The position numbers were made by a program, and so were the translations under genes. Under the pieces are notes generated by a model. It did not search any database. It saw only the letters and a list, made by a program, of their open reading frames with translations, and was not told where the DNA came from. A stretch of 63,836 bases of DNA, filler included, from Kipferlia bialata (Eukaryota), in NCBI GenBank assembly GCA_003568945.1. It is 6 parts of 6 records of this genome, joined end to end, with 100 filler letters (N's around TTAATTAATTAA, not from the genome) between each part and the next. Parts side by side here need not be neighbours in the genome. Positions count along the whole stretch, not along the records: positions 45,329 to 60,002 come from BDIP01000791.1; positions 60,103 to 63,836 come from BDIP01000819.1; 4 more parts are not named here. One strand, 5' to 3'. Below are positions 59,839 through 63,836 of the stretch, one piece after another. Within the stretch, counting starts at the first letter, position 1, and each line of letters starts with the position of its first letter.

Positions 59839-60105
59839 GTGTGACTGATCCTAGAGCAGCAATCGTGCAGGCGAGGACATCACTCGTCATATAATGCAAA
59901 AAAAACACAAAAGGGTCCGAACTACAAAAAATATATATACAGGCACCTCGTACCTGAGACACTAGCCTCCTACGTGGCTGCTTTCGCCTTTCGCCCTACC
60001 GANNNNNNNNNNNNNNNNNNNNNNNNNNNNNNNNNNNNNNNNNNNNTTAATTAATTAANNNNNNNNNNNNNNNNNNNNNNNNNNNNNNNNNNNNNNNNNN
60101 NNTTT

Positions 60106-60143
<38 letters not shown>

Positions 60144-60187
60144 CGTCGCTTACTCTTAGGGTCGCAGTCCTCTGGTCAAAGGGGAAC

Positions 60188-60785
60188 ATGTCCCTTGATG
60201 GTGAGTGTATATATATGCATACTGATGTATATACATATATGTATGTGATTACAATTATACTCTCAGTATGTATTTATTCCAAGGGGAACGTGTCCACTGA
60301 TAGTGAGTATACTCGAGTGTATATACCAATGTATATGTATTTATATACTTGCATTTATATACTCCCAATATCAGTATCACCTCTGGAGAGGATTATTTAT
60401 TTATTTAGGATTATTTATTAATAGCATAGTGTTTGTTTTGCATTCATATGATAGCATCTCATCTCTAGCCAAGCAGCCCTTCCGGACTGCCTGTGGCATC
60501 ACCTTGATACCATATATGTTTATATATATATGTATGTATATACGTATTTGATATACTCACTCTAGCTAAGCAGCCCTTCCGGACTGCCTATGTCATCACC
60601 GTAGCCAACCTGGACGCATTCGAGAGGGGAGAGGTAGGAGTGTATCTCTCTCTCTATCTATCAATAATTGTCTCTCTCTATATATATAGAAGTATGTACA
60701 TTAATATGTATAGATATGTATAGTCAACCTGGACGCATTCGAGAGGGGAGACGTAAGTGTTGTGGGCTCTCCCTCTCTCTCTCTT

Positions 60786-60823
<38 letters not shown>

Positions 60824-62490
60824 ATGACTAGGACGCATTCGAGAAGGGAGAGGTAAGGGTGTATTTACTATACCACGGCCACGTCAATGAACTCACTCTC
60901 TCTCACTTTCTCATCTTCTTTCACTCTTGTCTGTCAGTGGTGAATGTGATGGAAACCTGTCTCCCTCCCTCCTCCCCCCCCCCTCTATCCCCCCCTCACT
61001 CCAGCCTGTGGAGTGTGATCCCTATGATGGGAGTGGCATGGTGACACTGCAGGTATGTATATATAGTCATATTCCATGCCACTTAGATATACACAACACT
61101 ACCGGTAGATCTCTCCCGCTCTCTCTCATTGTTATTCTCAATGTGGTACATGAGTATCGTGGTATAGGTATTCTCAGTATATAGCCTGTTGGTATATACT
61201 ATTATTTATGTCACATAGTGTATATTTACGGTACATGAACTAGAATATGATTTCGTATATACTCCATAGTATATCCCTATCTCTTCTCTCGCGTTATTTC
61301 TCTAATGTACCAGTATGACCTTAAGACCAAGAGGGTGTCCGATGTCACAGAGATACCAGACGGGCAGGTGAGATAGCACCTATATACATACTAGGCCTAG
61401 TATCTATACATATATGTAATTTTGTATATATACACAATTACTCTTAGTGTGTATATATATCATTATTGTAAACAGACATCACAGAAATGCCAGAAGGGCA
61501 GGTGAGAGTACACGCATATATGTCAATAACATCTGCTGTTATAGCAATGTAAGAAGGCCACTCTATCTAACTTCAGCTGCTCAACCTGTCTGCCAAGTAT
61601 CCCGAGCACATATATACACATTGGGGTATATATACACAATAGTGCATATAGACATTGTTTTATGAATATATATATGTATATAATGGTACCACAGAGGGTT
61701 ACTCCAGCTGCTCAACCTGTCTGCCAAGTATCCTGAGCACTCTGCCCTCCACTGTGACAGTGTGGTGTCCACTGCTACATACAGAGACGGCAACATGCAG
61801 TACATACACGCAGTGGGGTACGTATATACTTGTGATTCATCCTTCTTACTATTACTGTGGCATCCTATATATATGAATTCTCTCACTACATCCCTCATAC
61901 TTTAGTATTTGTATAGTATACATATATGTACTCATATATGCATGTCCCTATACCTTCTCTTACTCTATCTCCCTCTCTCACACCTAGATATGTGGCAGAC
62001 CTTGAGAGTGAGACAACGGATGAGTGGCTCAGGTATATGATACAATATGAGTTATATCATAATATCATATATCACATATGATATACACATAGGTTATAAA
62101 ATAGTATCATATATTTCACAGTATATGATATACATTATCCTATGTCCTATTACTCTCACTCTACTCTATGATAAGGTATATCATGAGTGAGACAGTATAT
62201 GAGTGGCTAAGGTATGTCACTCGTCTGTCTTTGGTCATCCTTCTACTAGAGCCTCTCTTTTTCTCTCTATCTCTATTTGTATATATGTACATATATGTAT
62301 ATATATGCAATTCTTTGTATATCCTTCTCCCATCTCGTGTTGCCAATGTCTATTTCTTTCTCACACCCACTCACTCTCACATGTCTCTCTGCAAGTGTGT
62401 GTATATGTATGAATATGTATCTCCCTCTCTCACCCCAGGGTGGCCAATGAGAACATCAACATTACAGACGTGGAGTTTGCAGGGAACTAA
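60188..62490 (+). CDS. Hypothetical multi-exon protein, 5'-partial
   Basis: Phase-consistent exons AKQPFRTAYVITVANLDAFERGE|PVECDPYDGSGMVTLQ|YDLKTKRVSDVTEIPDGQ|LLNLSAKYPEHSALHCDSVVSTATYRDGNMQYIHAV|GYVADLESETTDEWL|RVANENINITDVEFAGN*. Confidence 0.6.
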
Positions 62491-63450
62491 GTGATGCCGT
62501 CATCAATGAGTCAAGAGTGCTGATTACCTTCGCACTATGGTCTATCGATGTAATGAAGTGAGAGAGAGAGGCTCGGTATTTGCCCAGCATATATCCATTC
62601 CTGAGGACAATAGATAACTCTATTGTAGTACATATATGGGCCCAGTGTATTCGCACTCTCGCAACCAATATTGTATATATATACACGACAGAATAGTACT
62701 GAATGGAGTTTCAGGTATGCTTCTTTGACTGAAACTGTTCCTCGTACACTGGCATTGAATATGCACTCATGACCTTCGTAGCACTCCTTTGTCAACATCT
62801 GAATAACCAGCTCTATTGTAGAGCATCCACTGCCATCCACCATCAGATCCAGATTCTGCGTATCACTCCCTGTCCTCACCAAAGCTGCCTAAGGTTGTGG
62901 GTCTGACCCTGAGACCCATAGACTCCAGGGTGGACTTCAGCTGCTCCATGTCGGCTGCGGCCTGAGGGTTAGTCAACTTGGAGGCAACAATAGGCAACTA
63001 TGTATACAACATTGACAACAACTTGTTGTCAACAAGGTACTGATGAGTCAGCGTTGCTAAGTTAGCATGTCGGCTGCAGACTGAGTCATGTAAGTAGCTA
63101 GGTATGACCTTATTCTATACTCAATGATTAATAATCACTGATTCTTCGCGCAGTGACAGCCGTTAGTAGTGACTGTATGCACAAACAGTCTGGAAACTCT
63201 GGGTCCACAGTCTGTGGACAACAGACAGTATGTGAATTGTATAGTACATAGTATGTAATATTTACAGAGCCACTCTACAATGATATGGAAGCAGTATATG
63301 TGGTCTCCCACCACAGCTACTGCAGACACATACATATTGTCTATAGCGATACCATAACTGGGCAATGGTCCCCTACTAATGCTATTACCGATACCTGCAC
63401 CAGGTCTGGCACCCCCTTGGTAGAGGCAACGGCTGTGTGTGCGTCAGAGA
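62462..63450 (-). CDS. Hypothetical protein with a kelch-like segment, 5'-partial; structure uncertain
   Basis: Exon-like blocks VSAVAVVGDHIYCFH, AAADMEQLKSTLESMGL and LVRTGSDTQNLDLMVDGSGCSTIELVIQMLTKE. Confidence 0.35.
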
Positions 63451-63836
63451 ACGGGGGATAGGATAGGGAGGGTGGGGTGATCTTGAGGTAAGGGGTCGTC
63501 ATCCAGTGCAGTGATATATATACGGATAGAGAATGACTGGTTGGAAATGAAGAGGGTCAGACATTTTGTCACGTTCTTGTACAATAGTACTTGTCTTAAC
63601 ACTTTAATGATTCACATCGGTGAGGCAGATATGGTGGTACCTTGTAACCTTCGAAGAAGATGTACCCTAAGAGAGCGGATCCCTGAATGTTGGTTGATGA
63701 TTAGAGGTTAGATACTGATACTCTAGAATCTGCTTTGAGATGTACTTTGGGCTAGATTTGTGACCACAATTGCGTGAAGACACATATCACGTGATGTGGG
63801 GGGGGGGGGGGGGGGGGAAAAAAATTGTTTTTGGGG

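Overview
Intron-dense eukaryotic draft DNA using the standard genetic code. GT-AG introns end in a compact CT[G/C/A]AC(C)nAG motif, and (GA)n, (TA)n and poly-G/C tracts are abundant. Gene content (Giardia/Trichomonas-type arginine deiminase, kelch-like genes) and intron style suggest a free-living fornicate metamonad such as Kipferlia; this is an inference. Five artificial 100-nt spacers (N44-TTAATTAATTAA-N44) divide the window into six pieces whose adjacency is not established. Hand-spliced gene models give: a secreted 7-bladed FG-GAP (integrin-alpha-like) propeller; an intact-looking DD35D pogo/Fot1-like DNA transposon with TIRs, TA target duplication, one intron and a duplicated 5' end; a Cys-rich repeat protein; an FHA/coiled-coil protein; a kelch-like protein; an atypical PP2A/PP4-like phosphatase; a large multi-EF-hand protein; a large low-complexity protein; arginine deiminase; the 3' half of CDC48; PA200/Blm10; eIF3h-like; and SAR1. 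The most striking unexplained pattern is that many introns carry diverged 'echo' copies of their own flanking exon ends and splice sites. Some echoes are complete, frame-compatible alternative exons whose differences fall largely at synonymous positions.
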